A DNA stretch of 64,000 nt from Marsupella aquatica. Taxonomy: Eukaryota > Plantae > Marchantiophyta. The DNA is taken from NCBI GenBank assembly GCA_973895155.1, contig OZ316894.1, positions 12,192,828-12,256,827 on the forward strand, in the 5' to 3' direction. Positions 13,726-27,540 of this stretch are shown here, in pieces. Numbering within the stretch: position 1 is the first letter of the stretch; each line of letters starts with the position of its first letter. The position numbers were made by a program, and so were the translations under genes. Below the pieces are notes generated by a model, which saw nothing but the letters and a program-made list of their open reading frames with translations, was not told the DNA's origin and searched no databases.

Positions 13726-15000
13726 TAGCAAGACAAGTCGGTGATGCCAGCCAGAGGGTGTACTAAACCCAATTCCAAACCAGCTGAGATCGGGTAGCTC
13801 CAAATGTCTTCTTGCTGTTGCAGATTGCACCAAGTACACCAAGATGATTCGTTGTACACAGGTAGCTGGGGGTTTCTCCAATCATGTGTGGCCAGGATTC
13901 ATTAGATAAGTTGCTAGAGGTAGCAATTTTCAACTGCCGCCTTGAACAAAAGCCATGTATTGCTCCACAATACCTGAAGGTTAGGGCACCAATTAAGTGT
14001 TCTGGCTCATTTGGATATGGCTTTGTGAGTTGCAGTCTCGACTTGCCCTTGAAGTGGACGTAGATGTCGGGGTAGATGTGCAACGCTGGTGTCAAGAAAA
14101 CATCTTCCATTGCTCAAGTTATACTGAGGGATAATGGCCAGGTCCCTAGGGGGATTACCAATGCACTGAATGACCATAGCTGTGGATGTGGACTTTTTTA
14201 TTAGCACACGATTGAGCAAAGAATTCACTAGAGGGTTCTTTTTATATTTTCCGAGGACAACAATGGGGTATAGAAAACCTTTTATCGATCATAGTGAACA
14301 AATTAACTGGCTTCAAGTGGCCATGGAATAGTGGCCATTGTGAGGTGATGTGTTTGCGTGGTACCTTGAATTCCCAAATCAGGTGAGATTGATTGGGTAA
14401 AACAACTTCCATAAACAAGGGCTCCTCCAACTCTCTATCTAAGTCCAACTCTGGTACGGTCCTGAGATTGGTCAACAGATTGCGATAGGCAATTGCAGAG
14501 TTTCTAGCTCAGTTTCTAGGCAAAAGAAGGCCAAGGCCATCCTCCCAGGACAAGAACTGCCCGTTGGATGAAAGGACATACTCCATAGTCACAAAACCAG
14601 CATAGTAAATTTTGCGTTGTGGATTAGACAAGCGCTTGGCTTGGTTGTTGCGTATGTGGTTGAGGTGTGGCTTCCAGAGCGGCAAATTCCGCAGCCTTCC
14701 AAGTGGCTCGGTGAAGAGGGGTGTAGATGCTTCTTGATGACATTCCACTCGATGCAGATGTTGGTCCATACCTTAGAGCCACTAGAGTAATGTGTAGCAT
14801 GGTGTAAACACCCATGTGAAGTAAGCCACCCCCCATTTCTTCACAGAGAGTTGCCATAGATACAACTGCAAGATCCTTTTGAGTGGGTGATCAGCCTCTA
14901 CCAAGGTCCAGACAATGAAATTGCCTGCCAAAGCCCTGAATTGTGTTGGAAAGAGATAAGGCCTAGCCTACATGGCTCCTAGGTCTGCCACAATTGCAAC
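13726..15000 (-). mobile_element. Decayed post-RT part of an L1-type LINE ORF2; probably continues at ~6700-7178 across the copia insertion
   Basis: ATLCEEMGGGL resembles the W..L...K..GGLG motif that follows LINE RT. Same strand as the RT fragments at 16067-16768; many stops. Confidence 0.45.
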
Positions 15001-16066
15001 CATTTTCATTTCATTATACCGTCCCGAATCTCAGAGTAAATAAAAAAAGCAATGGACTACTTATAGGGACATTAAGGGTTGTTCATGGAACATTCCCTTG
15101 GCAGTGATGTATGTGTACAATAGCTTTTTTGGAAGTGTATTAGTAGTTGGTGACGAGCTTTCCCAAAAATTCCACTTTGATGTCAAGGAACACTAGCAGT
15201 AGTCTTGTCTATGCAACACTCTTAGTCTACTCTGTTGCACAAATAGGTATTAAATGATGTACAATCCACATGCATAAAGGAGCCTGCAACACAATTTGAG
15301 CTTTTGTGCACTTGGTTATGTTGCTGGTTGGCCCAAGAGTTTTTTTTTGCCTCGAAAACACCAAATGAATTCCATTCAAATAGCCAACATACAAATCAGG
15401 GGGCCCAAAACAGGGTCCGCTCCAAAGGACCAAAGGTCGGAGAGCTAACAACCGGGAAGGCCGACACCTGGACAGAAGTTGTGCCTCAGGAGGAGGCAAC
15501 TAAACAAGACATTTAGAGACTACAGTTGGAGCAGCTAACTCCTAAAGACCGGCTAGTGATTAGGTTCCGTCGGGGTTCCGTCCAGTGGGTTCGTGAGAGA
15601 GGGATGACTTATCAGTCAGTCTACAGTGCAGCTTCCAAGCTTGACAAGGGGAGGGGATGTCACGGTGGACGTGGAGGGACTGGCGGGACTGGCAGGACCT
15701 GAAGGGTATTCTCATGAATCATCCAAAGACCTTTCCAGGTGCGCATGGTCATCTCATGATGTGCTTCCCTGATCGTGATTCTACTAGATTGTATCTTGAC
15801 TTTCTACCGGTTCCAGTCCCGCCGTATATACACTCCCAGTCGATGCCATGATTTCCGAACGACTCCTTGCGGATTTGGCTGGGTGTGATCCATGAAGTGT
15901 GCACATCAATCTTTCCATAAGCACCAGCAGATGATAGCTCTCAATATGTGCCAGAGTCTCCCAGGGATGTCCCATTCCTCAGGTAGGGCTGCACCTACAA
16001 AGATGTGAGTACAAAGATGTGAGCAGGTTGTAACTGAATGGTGCATCCTGTAAGATGTGAGCATGG

Positions 16067-16768
16067 CTAGGTTGTGAGCATAGAGATTGTGAATATTGTG
16101 TTACGTACCGCAGCAGGCTGGATCACCACTCCCTGAATGGCGCCCCTACCCACTTCCCAATTAATCATCCGGCTAAGGGCGTCAATTGCAATAAGGAAAA
16201 GCAAAGGAGACAAGGGGCACCCCTGCCTGACCGATCTAGCAAGTCCAAAAGGGGAAGCCAGGCGCCCATTGAGAAGAACAGCCAATGCAGGAGTAACGTG
16301 CGTAGCCCTCAAGAATTTCATTAGTAATCTGTCAAAACCAACCTTCTCCATCAGAGCTAACAAAAAAGGTCACTCGAGCTTGTCAAAGGCCTTAGTGACA
16401 TCCAATTTCAGTAAGATGTGATCCTGCCGTGAGGCCTCCGTGTGATGTAACATTTTGTTGAGCAGCATCAGGGAATGATGGATATTTCGCCCAGGCAGAA
16501 AAGTGAATTGCTGAGGTGTAATGAATCTTTGCAGGACGGGAATCAACCTCATTTGGAAGGCCTTATCACCAATTTTATGGACCACATTCAGGAATGTAAT
16601 TGGGGGTTTGTTGGTCAGATGCCTTTGATCCCCTTTCTTGCGTAACAAAACAATGGAGCCCTGGGTGAGTTCAGGCGAGAAAAACTCATCGTCCATTTGT
16701 TGCAGTAGTGCACGGTGCAGGGAGGGGCCCAAGAGTTCTTGACAACAGTCAGAATGCTTTAATGGCAA
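16067..16768 (-). pseudogene. L1/Tx1-type LINE reverse transcriptase fragment
   Basis: IVLLRKKGD..LTNK.PITFLN..KI, QQFTFLPGRNI, LLKLDVTKAFDKLE, then after a frameshift SVRQGCPLSPLLF. Confidence 0.92.
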
Positions 16769-19206
16769 TCATCTGCCTCTTGGATATTACCTATTCTTTG
16801 CCATCCTAAGAACGCATTCATGTCAAACTATCTGGATCTTGGCTGCCTAGTTGAGATCTATCTCATGAAGCCAGCTAATCAAACATTTTAGATGATTACT
16901 GTATTGTTAGTGAGACTTAAAACTTGGAATATTACACTGGAATCTATGAAGTGGGAATGACATATATTTATGATGGCTTGAGGCTTGATTCCACAAGTGA
17001 TTTTCTGTAGCAGATTTCCACAACTCTGGAAATCCTGTTGTCGAGGAGCTTGCCGCTTCAAGCAGCCAGGAGTTGCAGCTGAATTGGAAATATTCCAGCA
17101 TCTGTTCTGGCTTTTGAATGGAGGAATGCTGTCAAAGGATTTGTGAAGAATGACCGTCACTTTTTGTGGCTAGGGCATAACAATTTTTCACTAGGCTTGA
17201 AAATTCTCTGTTTCAGCCAGGAAGACGGACAGGTAGTGGACCCGTTCTCTCCTTGATCAGAAATTCAACACATAAATCTGATTAACGGGATCTTTGGCTC
17301 ATATGCATATACTAAGATGGGATTGCGCAAAGATCCAACTCTTGAAGGCCAGAGCGCAGCGGTTGAGTATAGGTTTCTGATCGGCTTAGGAATTATTCTG
17401 GATCAAATCTCGACTTGTCTCTCAATGCCACTTGATCATAGGCAACCACTGTGGACAGCGAACTCATGTTGACGAGCATAAACAAATGTTTCTCTGCCCG
17501 GACCTTGGCTGGCAGGTGTTACGAGCACAGAGAGGGAGTTTGTAGCAGAGAGGTGGGCATTATGAAGAGAGACTCAAGAATTAAACTTCTTTGAAATTCC
17601 TGGCAGCATGAAGCACTGCATTATCAGTCTAGTCGATCCAAAACCTCCAGGAGGAAATTCAGTTAACTACAAGCACAATCGAGGCTCTGTTTTAAGCAGC
17701 TACGTGTTCTGAGAGATACAATATATTACAGGAAAAATGCAAAGAATAGCTTCTTGGGTTATCTGACTTTATGATACTTTCCGCCATCAATCTTTCCGGT
17801 GAACGTTCACTGGGGATGTAGACACTGTCCCAAACTCATTCAACCCTATCGAGTTACTTCAGAACGTTATGCCGAAGTAAACACCCTAAACGTTTGAGGA
17901 AATATCAGCTGAGGACTGTTGTATGCCAGTGAAATAGTCTTTCACAGGAGCGAGATGAGGAAGGGAAGTAGGCCGGGAGGAGGGAAGGTCGGAGAAGGTA
18001 GAAACGGTGTAGTGCTGGAGTAGACGGAAGAAAAATCGAAAACAGTCGATCTTTCAGAAAGATAAGGCGGAAGGAGGCTCTACAATTGGATTTCATCTCG
18101 CCGAGATAGCTGTGGGTACGTGCACAATTGATTGTCCAGAAGCAAAAAGAGGGGCCGTTCTTGCAACCATACATGAGCGTTGGACAGTGATTGACAGATT
18201 GCATTAAATCAGCTGACTCGCAAACTTAGATTCTCCAATGGCTTTGTGCGAATCTAGGTTAGTATTCTAGCTAGGCGAGCTACAAAGCATTCGTTAAGAA
18301 CGTCCCTTCCGATTCGTATGCTCTAAGTGGTGGTGCCCCACTCGCACTGCATGCCTCCACACTCCCTTCTCTCTCTCTCCGTTTGGAATTGCTCGTGCTT
18401 TCATCGTGGACTCGATTGAACTAAAAACTGCGTTGTCGATCAGGGTGAAGAAGATGCAAGCGGCTCTCAAATTTTCCGTCCCAACCGTCTGACTGTAACA
18501 AATTGCTGGGATGCAGTAGAGTTCCGAGCATTTGGTAGTCCAATGGTGACTCTGTAAGGAACACAGTCCTTTCAATCAAAGTGGAGTTACGTTGGACAAC
18601 AACAATAGGTATGGCTCGCGCTCTATGGGGATTACTAGGCGATGAGAGGAGTTAATTTGTCCTCTAAATAACACGATCTACCAGAAAGTGAGTCCATCTT
18701 GTAATTTTCCGTTTTTGCCACCTATATGACAATTGGCAGACGGGCGGCAGACAGGACTCATTGGAATAAAAGGATCGAGAGACAGAGCTAGTGTTTGATA
18801 TTATTATACTCGCTGAGTGCCTGGGAATAGGGTTTTGCAGCTGACATCCTGGGTGACATGTGGGCCAAACCAGGTGACCAGAGTGGAAGAAAGCAAATTT
18901 AGGCCAGCCACTATATGCACACACGACAACCAGTAGTCGTAGTCGTAGTGAATGAATGAATGAATGCAGGACGTTGCTCCACGTCCTTCATTTACAAATT
19001 CCAATGTCGGAGGTGATTGGAATTGGGTCAGAAAGCATGGACTAACTGACGGACACTGTGTGGGTGCCTGGTGGATATTGAAATGTTTTGTCTAAACTCT
19101 CGATCAACATCAAACTGCTGCTGTGTAGCATCGGATAATCAACGAGTACAGAAGTGAAGAGCTGGCACTGTGCTTCACAATGCCCTCTGTTGCTCGAGCT
19201 TCATGT

Positions 19207-19353
19207 TATAGAACAGACCGTCTTGCTTGCAGAAGAGTATGTCCAGCAAACAAGCTATAGGACAGACCGTCTTGCTTGCAGAAGACTATGTCCAGCTAAC
19301 AAGCTATAGAACAGACCGTCCTACTTGCATAAGAGTATGTCCAGCTAACAAGC
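19207..19353. repeat. Tandem repeat, 3 x 49 bp
   Basis: TATAG(A/G)ACAGACCGTC..CTTGCA.AAGA.TATGTCCAGC.AACAAGC at 19207, 19256, 19305. Confidence 0.93.
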
Positions 19354-19538
19354 TTTGCAGCGAGCCGTCCTTCAGCCATGTCTGTTTGCTCGCCGCAGTA
19401 TACAGGAAAGATGAGGTTTAGATAGTCATCGAGAACCTAACAATCTTCTCATGATTCCTGCTCCTGATTCCTTTCTCAGGGCATGCTGCAGATGTCATTC
19501 TTCCTCACGGCTCCGTCCCAGGCTGCGTACAGAAAACA

Positions 19539-21201
19539 ATGAACGGCTCCAGGGAAACGCAGACTCATTGGAAGGGGAAAAATGCTCGCGAAATTGCCCA
19601 AGGAGATCCAATTGCTGTCATGTACGAGACCATGAAGGACAGACTGGGAAGCTCCAACTGGTCTGTTTGCTGATTCTGCTGTTTTGCTGCTCGTGGATGG
19701 ACCAGAAGGACAATTATTGAGCCGGGCGTGTTTTGGGCGATCCTGTCCTCCTGCAGTTCAGCCTATTTCTTCTGTTTCGTCTGCTTTGACCTGTACGTTT
19801 GTGGATCAGGTTCATGACTTCGTAGATATGACTGAACGTTGGACATCAAGTTCGGCTTCATGCGTAGTGTTTACACGCTATTTCTAATGCTTTTTTTTCT
19901 TTAGTTCACATCGACTCTGGTCGTTGAGCAACCAAAACTTTTTTACTGTGCATAGTTTCACATGGAGGGGAAACACACGAATTAAGCATTTGTCGTGTTG
20001 CAACTGAAGATCCTCCACTTGTTCCAGAAGAGGGCATGGAGTTGCTCCAGTTGGGTCTAGAAGAGGCGTTTTTCCTCAACTATGATCTCAAGTGCATCGA
20101 AATCTACGACCAAACTCCTGAGGTTAGTATTAAACAATGAAACGCAATTGGCCGTCAGTAGCTTTGCTCCAAGTTTGAGCACTAGCTAGAGAGGAATTAC
20201 TTCACTAGCTTCATATGGTAGTTCAAGTTCATGATGGATTTGGCGTAAGATTTCCGGGTCAGTAGATCTCTATGCCCGAGGCAGTGGGAATGGGTGATAA
20301 GACCTTATGTGCAGGGCAGGATAAAGTTACATCACGAGGACTCATGGAAATTGATGGAAACTAAGGAGTAAGAAGCAGTTCGCACATTATTACAAGGCAT
20401 ATTCTCATTTACGCTCCAAAAGATGGGTGCATCTTTCTGGGGATTTAATATGGTGCAGACTTTATGGCATATCGCCATCATCCTGCTCTAGTACACTCAG
20501 AGTACGTTCTTATGAGCCCTTCCTATTCAATTTGCTGTACCTCGGTGAACCAGATATAATATAAGACTTTTGCAGTCGAATCTGAGGGAATTATGGACAG
20601 TTGAGGATCAACTTGTACAATATAGGCCAGAGTAGCATGTATTTGACAAGACAACTCGGAGTTCTGTTCACAGCTATGCAGTGCTAGTCACGGTTGGAGA
20701 GCGGAAACAAGAAAGACTAAGCACATGGACCGACTTATATTCAAAGCAGCGATTGTGTGGTAGTGTTGCCAAGGTAATCTACTCCCTTTTTTCCCTCGTC
20801 ATTGAAGAGGTTCTTGGCGTAGGAGTCGTCGAGTGTGGAGCCGACCAGATCTCTTCATAGCTGTTCTCATTGGGCATTTTATATCGAAAAAGTTTCTCCT
20901 ACAGGAGCAATATTTCTTTTCTGGAATCATCTCCGGCTGAGCGATTTTGAGTTAGGGATCTCTGTACGTATGTTGGCAAGCTTGGAGTGCAGCACAGTGT
21001 ATATGACTGATTCAAGCCTCTTGACAAGCCATGATGTTGTTGCAGACCCTACTCCTCTTACATGTCATATCCGAGGTGGACAATGCTGAGGTTAAGTCTC
21101 CCTTCTGTTTGGATATTTACCATGTGGAAGCTGTGGAAGTAGAGCGGTGGATTCTTAAGACGCATCGTGAAGATGTTGGGTTGGAGGAAAAAACGAGTTA
21201 G
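19539..21201 (+). pseudogene. SEN2: tRNA-splicing endonuclease subunit SEN2-like, intron-containing, frameshifted
   Basis: Exons reconstruct MNGSRETQTHWKGK..GQLLSRACFGR (from 19539); LLQLGLEEAFFL (20028-20122); YKAYSHLRSKRWV..YGADFMAYRHHPALVHS (20315-20501); YAVLV..RLCGSVAK (20674-20773); TLLLL..VERW..stop (21046-21201). Boundaries are GT-AG. Frameshifts at ~19640, ~20360 and ~20440. Confidence 0.88.
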
Positions 21202-24179
21202 TGATGTCACTCCGAGGGCTTAGGTCTTAACAATCTCCGGTAAGCAAAGATTTGGCTAGTGTTGGTCTCATTTGCATGGTTGTGTGCACCAGTTTAATAA
21301 TACCCTGCACATCATGTTTGTGGGAGAAGCTATGGTTTGTTGCTTGCAGTTCATATTGTAATCATTAGCATTAGGCCTTGTGGTTGTTTCATGTAGATAG
21401 AATGTGGTTGCCATTGTCCTGTGCGAAAGATTTGAGCGCCCTTCTAGTAAACAGGAGAACTGGCTCTCGTTTGGAAGCCACTGTCAACAGTTGAGCTGCA
21501 TTTGACCATGAAAAGAAGCATTACGAAAGAAGAATTAAAGGACTGAATGGGATCGATAGAAAACATCTGTTATCCTGAGCTTTGGGGAAGTCAAAGGTGA
21601 ACGATTAGAACCTAGGCAAGAAGAAATGTCTTAAGCTCCAGTCCAGGAACCTCAAGCAACAAGGAGTGCTTGAAACTAAGTTCTAATGAAGGAAGCGTAG
21701 AGGTACCCAGAATCGTTACAAGTTCTAATTTTGCAATTGTTCGTGTCTGTGATGAGAGGAAGAACCTTAGATCTCTTCAAGATATGCAGATTGACAGAAG
21801 ATTTTGAAGGTACCCGAGAGTCAAAATCGTCTGTGAAAATGGTCTTTGTGTGGAAGATAAGACATTTGTCCTGTTTACAATCGGAAAACCAAATCGAAGT
21901 CAGAGATAATATTCTCCGACCTTTTATTGTTTCAATACATGCTTGGGAGGAAGATGAAACATAAGTGCTATTCGCAACCCCCAAAACAAAACAAGGAGAT
22001 CCTGTGGCCCTCTATCGTTTCACACGACATGCTTGTGGACTGCAGGGCTAGGGCTAGGTCTAGTTTTAGTTTTTGAAGTAGAAGAGACGGTGTCTCAAAT
22101 AAATTTAAAGACCACCGCTGCTCAAACCTGGGGGGTGTAGAGAAAACAAAATCAAGAAGCCACATCACGTTTAGATTTGTCACATGTTGTGTCATAATGA
22201 GAATTTAAGGAATTGAGAATGTGGCTTTAAGCTGAAGCGTTGGTGGTCTGAAAACCACAAACCAAATTGATGATTTAATGGAGAATGTGGACACCAGAGG
22301 GAAGAAGCCACTACCACCAATAAGGAAATGAACCCAGAAACTCTTTGTGGGGAGTGTGGACAGTGTGGAGAGTTTGAAGGGTTTTAGTAGTTTGAACTTA
22401 TTGTTTGGGTGTCTTTATTGTAACTGAGAAGGGCAAACCCAGATGAATTGTTGAGATGAAGGGAGGTGGACTTGTAGTACTATAGCAAGCTTATCTTTCT
22501 TGCAAGTGCAATTGGGATTAAGGAGTGGAATGAGTCAATCATGCTCATTCAACTAGTCAAGGGAAGAAAAGTGCTAAAGAATTGATTCCCCTACAGTCTC
22601 CAATGTGACTGTTGGAGAAAGAGGGATGTTGATTGTCGCTCTTATGAAGACTATTGAAAAGTGGTTATTGTCATGAGGTGATTATTCAGGAAGAGCTGTT
22701 GGTTCCAATGGGTGATTGGAGAATCTGACGGCTACATGAAATTAATAGAGTTTTATGTGATCAATCATATTTTCTGCTCACCCATCCGCTCAGACATCTC
22801 TCAGACATCTCTTAAATACCCTTTCTATCTAAGAGTACACTTCACCAAGCGTAAATGTCTCAGACATGTCGTACCGTTTCTGTCTAAAAATACACTTCAC
22901 ATGCATAAACATTGGCGCTTATGCCAACAACATAACAATTTGATACAGTTTTCAATAACCAATTTACATAGAGAAACATGTTTTAGGGGGAAAACCTTAC
23001 TCTTCTATAGGTGAAATTTGTGAAATGGCAGCAGATGTTTTGTACCTTACAAAGGAATCTGCGAGACCCAGCTGTTCCTATCTACCGTAGGTGAAGATCC
23101 AGAGCTCTGGTGATGATTTGGACATGGTGGATAACCCTATTGATTTCCAAGGATAGAAAGTACAGGCAATTACAGGAAAGTGTATTGGTCCGTTTGTATA
23201 TTGTGTGCAATGCACAGGTTTTTCCTTCCAGACTCAAGCTTGGTTTCGGCTTGCCTTGTAGGATTTTTTCCAGTTTGAAGGATAATTGGTGGAACTGGCC
23301 ACCATTTCCCCCCCAACTTAGGTTGTCTAAGTCGGCTTTCTTTCCACCAGAGTCTACAAAATCGTGAAATTGAAGCTCACATAAACCCTCGTGTTAGACA
23401 AGATCCTCAGATAGACCGTGGCAGCTGACATCACAACTACATTTTGACTCAACTTAACGTTGCCTCACAACAGGCTAATCTCGATGTATGAAACTCTAAA
23501 CGGAAACACAGAATCCCCAAGGTAAAATTGGCAACGTTCTGGATGTCTAGATTGACGTGGTTGCTTACGTCGTCTCACACGACGCACATTGCCACACCGC
23601 CAACGTGGTTCTTTGTGGGCACGACGTCCTATGCATCGTTAGAGTACTGGGCTAATGTAGATTTCCATGTCCATTAAACGTCGCACGAACTGACGTTAAT
23701 ACAAACAAAATGCCGTGATTGACGACGTTGACTCCCTCGTATAAAACAATGTTAGTTTTTGTAACGACGTCGGGGACACCGTTACGTTTGATGTAATGTG
23801 AATTCGTTCATTGGTTTACGTCATGTGATAAGACGTTGTTATCATATATCGATGTCATGAACGACGTTGTGTGAAAGTGGAAGACTACGTCTGGGTCATA
23901 CCTTGTGAGAAGCTTGGTAACTTTATGAATGAACGACGCCCCGTATATTATGCCGGACCCTGCCATACAACCTTATTGGAGGTTATAAACACACTTAAGC
24001 TAGGGTTACAATGGGGTGAGCATTATTTGGGTAGGCAGTTGGGGTTTAGGGATACACATTCAATATGCATATGGTATAGACGTTGTAATTCACGAAAAGT
24101 GTCATATTAGATAATATTGTTATGGGCCAAATATGTACAAAATGGAGGATGAAGTCGGGCAAGTAAAATAGGCTATACC

Positions 24180-26353
24180 CTAGTCACGCTCAGTCCGCCT
24201 GGTATCACGTCCAGACCTGCGTGTAGAAGTGGGTTGTACGCCTCTCGGGCGCAACTCGTACCTGGAGTCATCCTCCTCTAAGCTAGTGGTACTGGGGGAC
24301 AACGTATCTGCCTGTGTTGCAGCCCTATGAGTAGTCACTGGCCTACTCCCCTTACTGTGTGGAGGTCGCCTAGTGTCATCCCTCCTCCTCCTCTCCCTCT
24401 CCCTCTCCCTCCCCCTCCGTCTATCTGACCTATCTCTCCCTATCTCCCTCTCTCTCCCTCCCTCGGCTCTCTCTCTCTCCCTCCGGCCTTGGCCACTAGT
24501 ACGCCCCCCATGAGTCTCTGCCTCCTCCTGCCCGCAATCTACGTGAGCCTCCTCCTGCAAACCCTCCTCGGGCGGTACCCTGGCTAGCAAGTGATCCTCA
24601 GGGATGGCCCATGCAACCAAGCCCTCCGGAGGAGTCCAATCCTCCACCTGCATGATAGCATTCTGGTCAGTTAATGTCACAGAGTAGGCCTAAAGTCAAC
24701 TACAACCTAGCAATCACTTTAGCTCTTACCCGGTGATCCTCCGGGACTGAGGCCAACTTGGCCCATAGCGCTGCCGGGCCATACCGTTTCGAGTACAGCC
24801 GCTCCTCCTCCGACGGCTCGGCATCGACACCAAACTTGCGTTTCTGCGAGAAAGCAAAAGAGCGTCGTTCCTAAGCACGTATTCAACCCTCTCAGCATCG
24901 GTGCTAACGTTGTTCCATGCGTTGCATATCTAGTTAACGTCGCTCTAACGACGTTTTCACTAAAGCAGTACATGTAACGTCTCAAGGACAACGTTCTTCC
25001 TAAGGTACGTCTCAGATGAAGTTACAAAGCAAATTTAACGTTGTTATGGACGACGTTATGAATGAATCAGGCGACGTAATTTCAAAATCTCGACGTTACA
25101 CTATGGTTTACACCGGAGCAGCGAAATGAAAACGTGGAAGTTGGGTCCGAGACTTACGTAGGTTGCGAGGAACCCTCGCCATCCTCCTTGCCCCCAGAAA
25201 TTGGTTACTAGAAGGCGTCCGCTATTCTTTCGAGCTGTAGTGGCTTTGTCACCCATGTGCACTCGTTTTCCTACTGGGGTGTCTGGGGGTGCTTCAAGTT
25301 CAGACACGATCAAGTTGAAGTCCGACTCGGCCATCCCTTCAGGCTTACGGTACTGCCCTGTCTTCTCGCATTTCATTGCTCGGACCTTGCTTCTCCACCT
25401 GAATCTTCTGTCAGCAAGGTCAACTCACAATCTTCTGCCTGATGTGTCGAAAATCAATCTCTCTGCCATTCTTGAATCCGGCCTGTATGTCATTGAGGAG
25501 TACTTGAAACTTCTTTGTATTGTGCACGAGGTCCTTCCAAGTCGTCCACCCAGGGCAGTGTTTCGTACAGCAGACCTGCACTCGATTCGTTAGCGCCTTC
25601 TCATCAAGCACCTTTGGCTTCGCATCAAAAGCAGCCAGGCTGATGACCGGCAGTTGTTCTTTGCTGGCAGGAGTAGCAACGGTTCGGTGAGGAGAAGCTC
25701 ACCGATGACCTCCTCCGATTGAATGTGAATGTCGAGGTGACCTTCGACCTCTCCTATCTCTGTCCACCCTTGAATCTCGTTCAGCCCTTTTTCTCTTGTG
25801 TGTGTTGCGGCTGTCTCTTTCTCTGCGCTCCTTTCCCTTCCCCTTTTTTTTGTCTCCTCTCAATGCTACTATTGCTACTCAAAGAATGGGAACGACGTCG
25901 CCTTCTGTGTGTCCGCAACTCTGTACTTGAATCATCAGGCTCATATCTCTGAATCCTCACTTGGCTCTTGATGGGAGTAACACAGGGTGGTTGTGAATCC
26001 GGCTCCATCCCAGAGAACGAGGGATAGTCCCAGACTGAGTCCATCAAGGGCGGGAAGGAAGCAAGAGGATCAAGTGATGCCCCCGGAAGGTCGCGCAAGA
26101 ACTCTGGTGCTTGAATGTCGGGCTCAACGTCGGATGCTGGAGCGTTCTCTTCTATGTTCTGAAGGTATTCCAGAAATCGTGACTCCTTCGTCCCAGTTCC
26201 TCCCATGAATTGCCAACTCTGATTGAAAGCATCAATCAGTGAATGTGCTGACCGCAAAGCTGTTCGAACCTTCTCCACCTCCTCTGGGTCTTCCATGGAA
26301 ACTTTCGCAGCATCAAAGTTGATACTGAGGGGCAGATAAGCTGGACGTGACAT
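24180..26353 (-). pseudogene. TnpA-like (Transposase_24/Ptta-type) gene, divergent from tnpD, disrupted
   Basis: Putative exons 26353-25158 (RS-rich, then RRFRWRSK..PEGMAESDFNLIV..KATTARKNSG..NFWGQGGWRGF), 24843-24730 (KRKFGVDAEP..) and 24647-24180 (acidic/RE-rich), with GT-AG junctions. Exon 1 has frameshifts and a TGA. Confidence 0.6.
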
Positions 26354-26871
26354 TGAGGCAAGACTTGGAGCAAATGTAGATGACCTTCACAAAGATTAGA
26401 GCTTCACTAGAGCTTCACTAGAGCCACAAACAGAACAAAACACTAGATGTGGGGTGAGGTGTGTGCGGAATGGTCGAATGACTCACATTCGACACTATGC
26501 CCCGGTATTTTCCGAATAGAATGCGGCAGAGTTCGCAACAATGTGTTTCCGCCGTTCTCTATCTATTTACGTCGTTTTTCACGATGATGCCCTAATTGAT
26601 CGATTAGTAATACGTTGTGCTAGACGACGTTTGCATTTAAACCTTGTTCTGTACACCGTTAAAAGGTAGGGTTTACTGTAACGTCGTGTGGGGTACGGTA
26701 CATGACGTAGGGTTTAAGAAATACGTCGTGTATTGTGTTCTCGGCGACGTAAAGTGAAAGTACTTCGTTTTACTTGACGTAAATATTGTGGTACTATAGT
26801 GGTCTTGACGTTCCATTTCCAAGGCTGAGTTTGCAAGTTTGCGTGTATATGTGTGTATACTATTGCAGGCC

Positions 26872-27390
26872 ATGGCCTCGTGCTCATCGGAGTGGTCATC
26901 TGATGATCGCTATGATGGAGGTGCACATCACCGAGACAGGTACCGCTCTCATGATAGGGGGAGGGAGAGGAGGAGGGAGCACTCACCTGCCAGGTCGAGA
27001 TACCACTCAGCCGAGAGGAGGAGGGACTTATCATCTGATAGGAGCAGGCACCATTCGTCTGAGAGGAGTTGGGATCAGTCTTCAGATAGGGAGTACCGAT
27101 CTAGGGATCATCAACATCGGGAGCGACGAAGGCATAGGAGGTCCCATCGACAGTCCCACCGCCACCGCCGGTCCAGGTCTCCCTCTGATGACCACACACC
27201 CCGACACCGATCACCCATGCCGGAGGATGAGGATAGGTTTGGAGAGGCCATGGCTGCCCTTCAGGGGATTGGCCCAGTCCGAAAGATGCCCTGCCCATGT
27301 AGTAGATGCAAGGGCGTCGTCTCCCACGAGAGGACCACTGTCCTTAGCCATTTAGGCCTCCACGGCCGTTACGTACCCCTGACACATCAG
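26872..27390 (+). CDS. Shared first coding exon: RS/RE-rich region plus transposase-associated Zn-binding domain
   Basis: ATG at 26872, 173 codons, phase-0 donor CAG|GTAATT at 27390/27391. CPCSRCKG..RTTVLSHLGLHG matches the CPCxxC..V..HL...G N-terminal domain of CACTA transposases. Confidence 0.85.
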
Positions 27391-27540
27391 GTAATTCATA
27401 AACCTTTATTGACACTATTCAATTCATTAAGTCCTTATTTTTGAATATAACATGTTTGGGTTTCTTGAGTTTTCTTGAGTGTTTAGTTGGAATGGTTTTT
27501 TCCCTGATTTCTGAAGTTCTCTTGTTCACATGTGAAACAG

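Noticed and set aside
16888-18924. Scattered minus-strand ORFs upstream of SEN2
   Set aside because: No recognisable motifs or consistent exon chain.
19207-19353. Short regular repeats (also 49669-49982 and 41563-42390) as a CRISPR array
   Set aside because: Units are contiguous tandem copies without unique spacers, there are no cas genes, and the context is eukaryotic.
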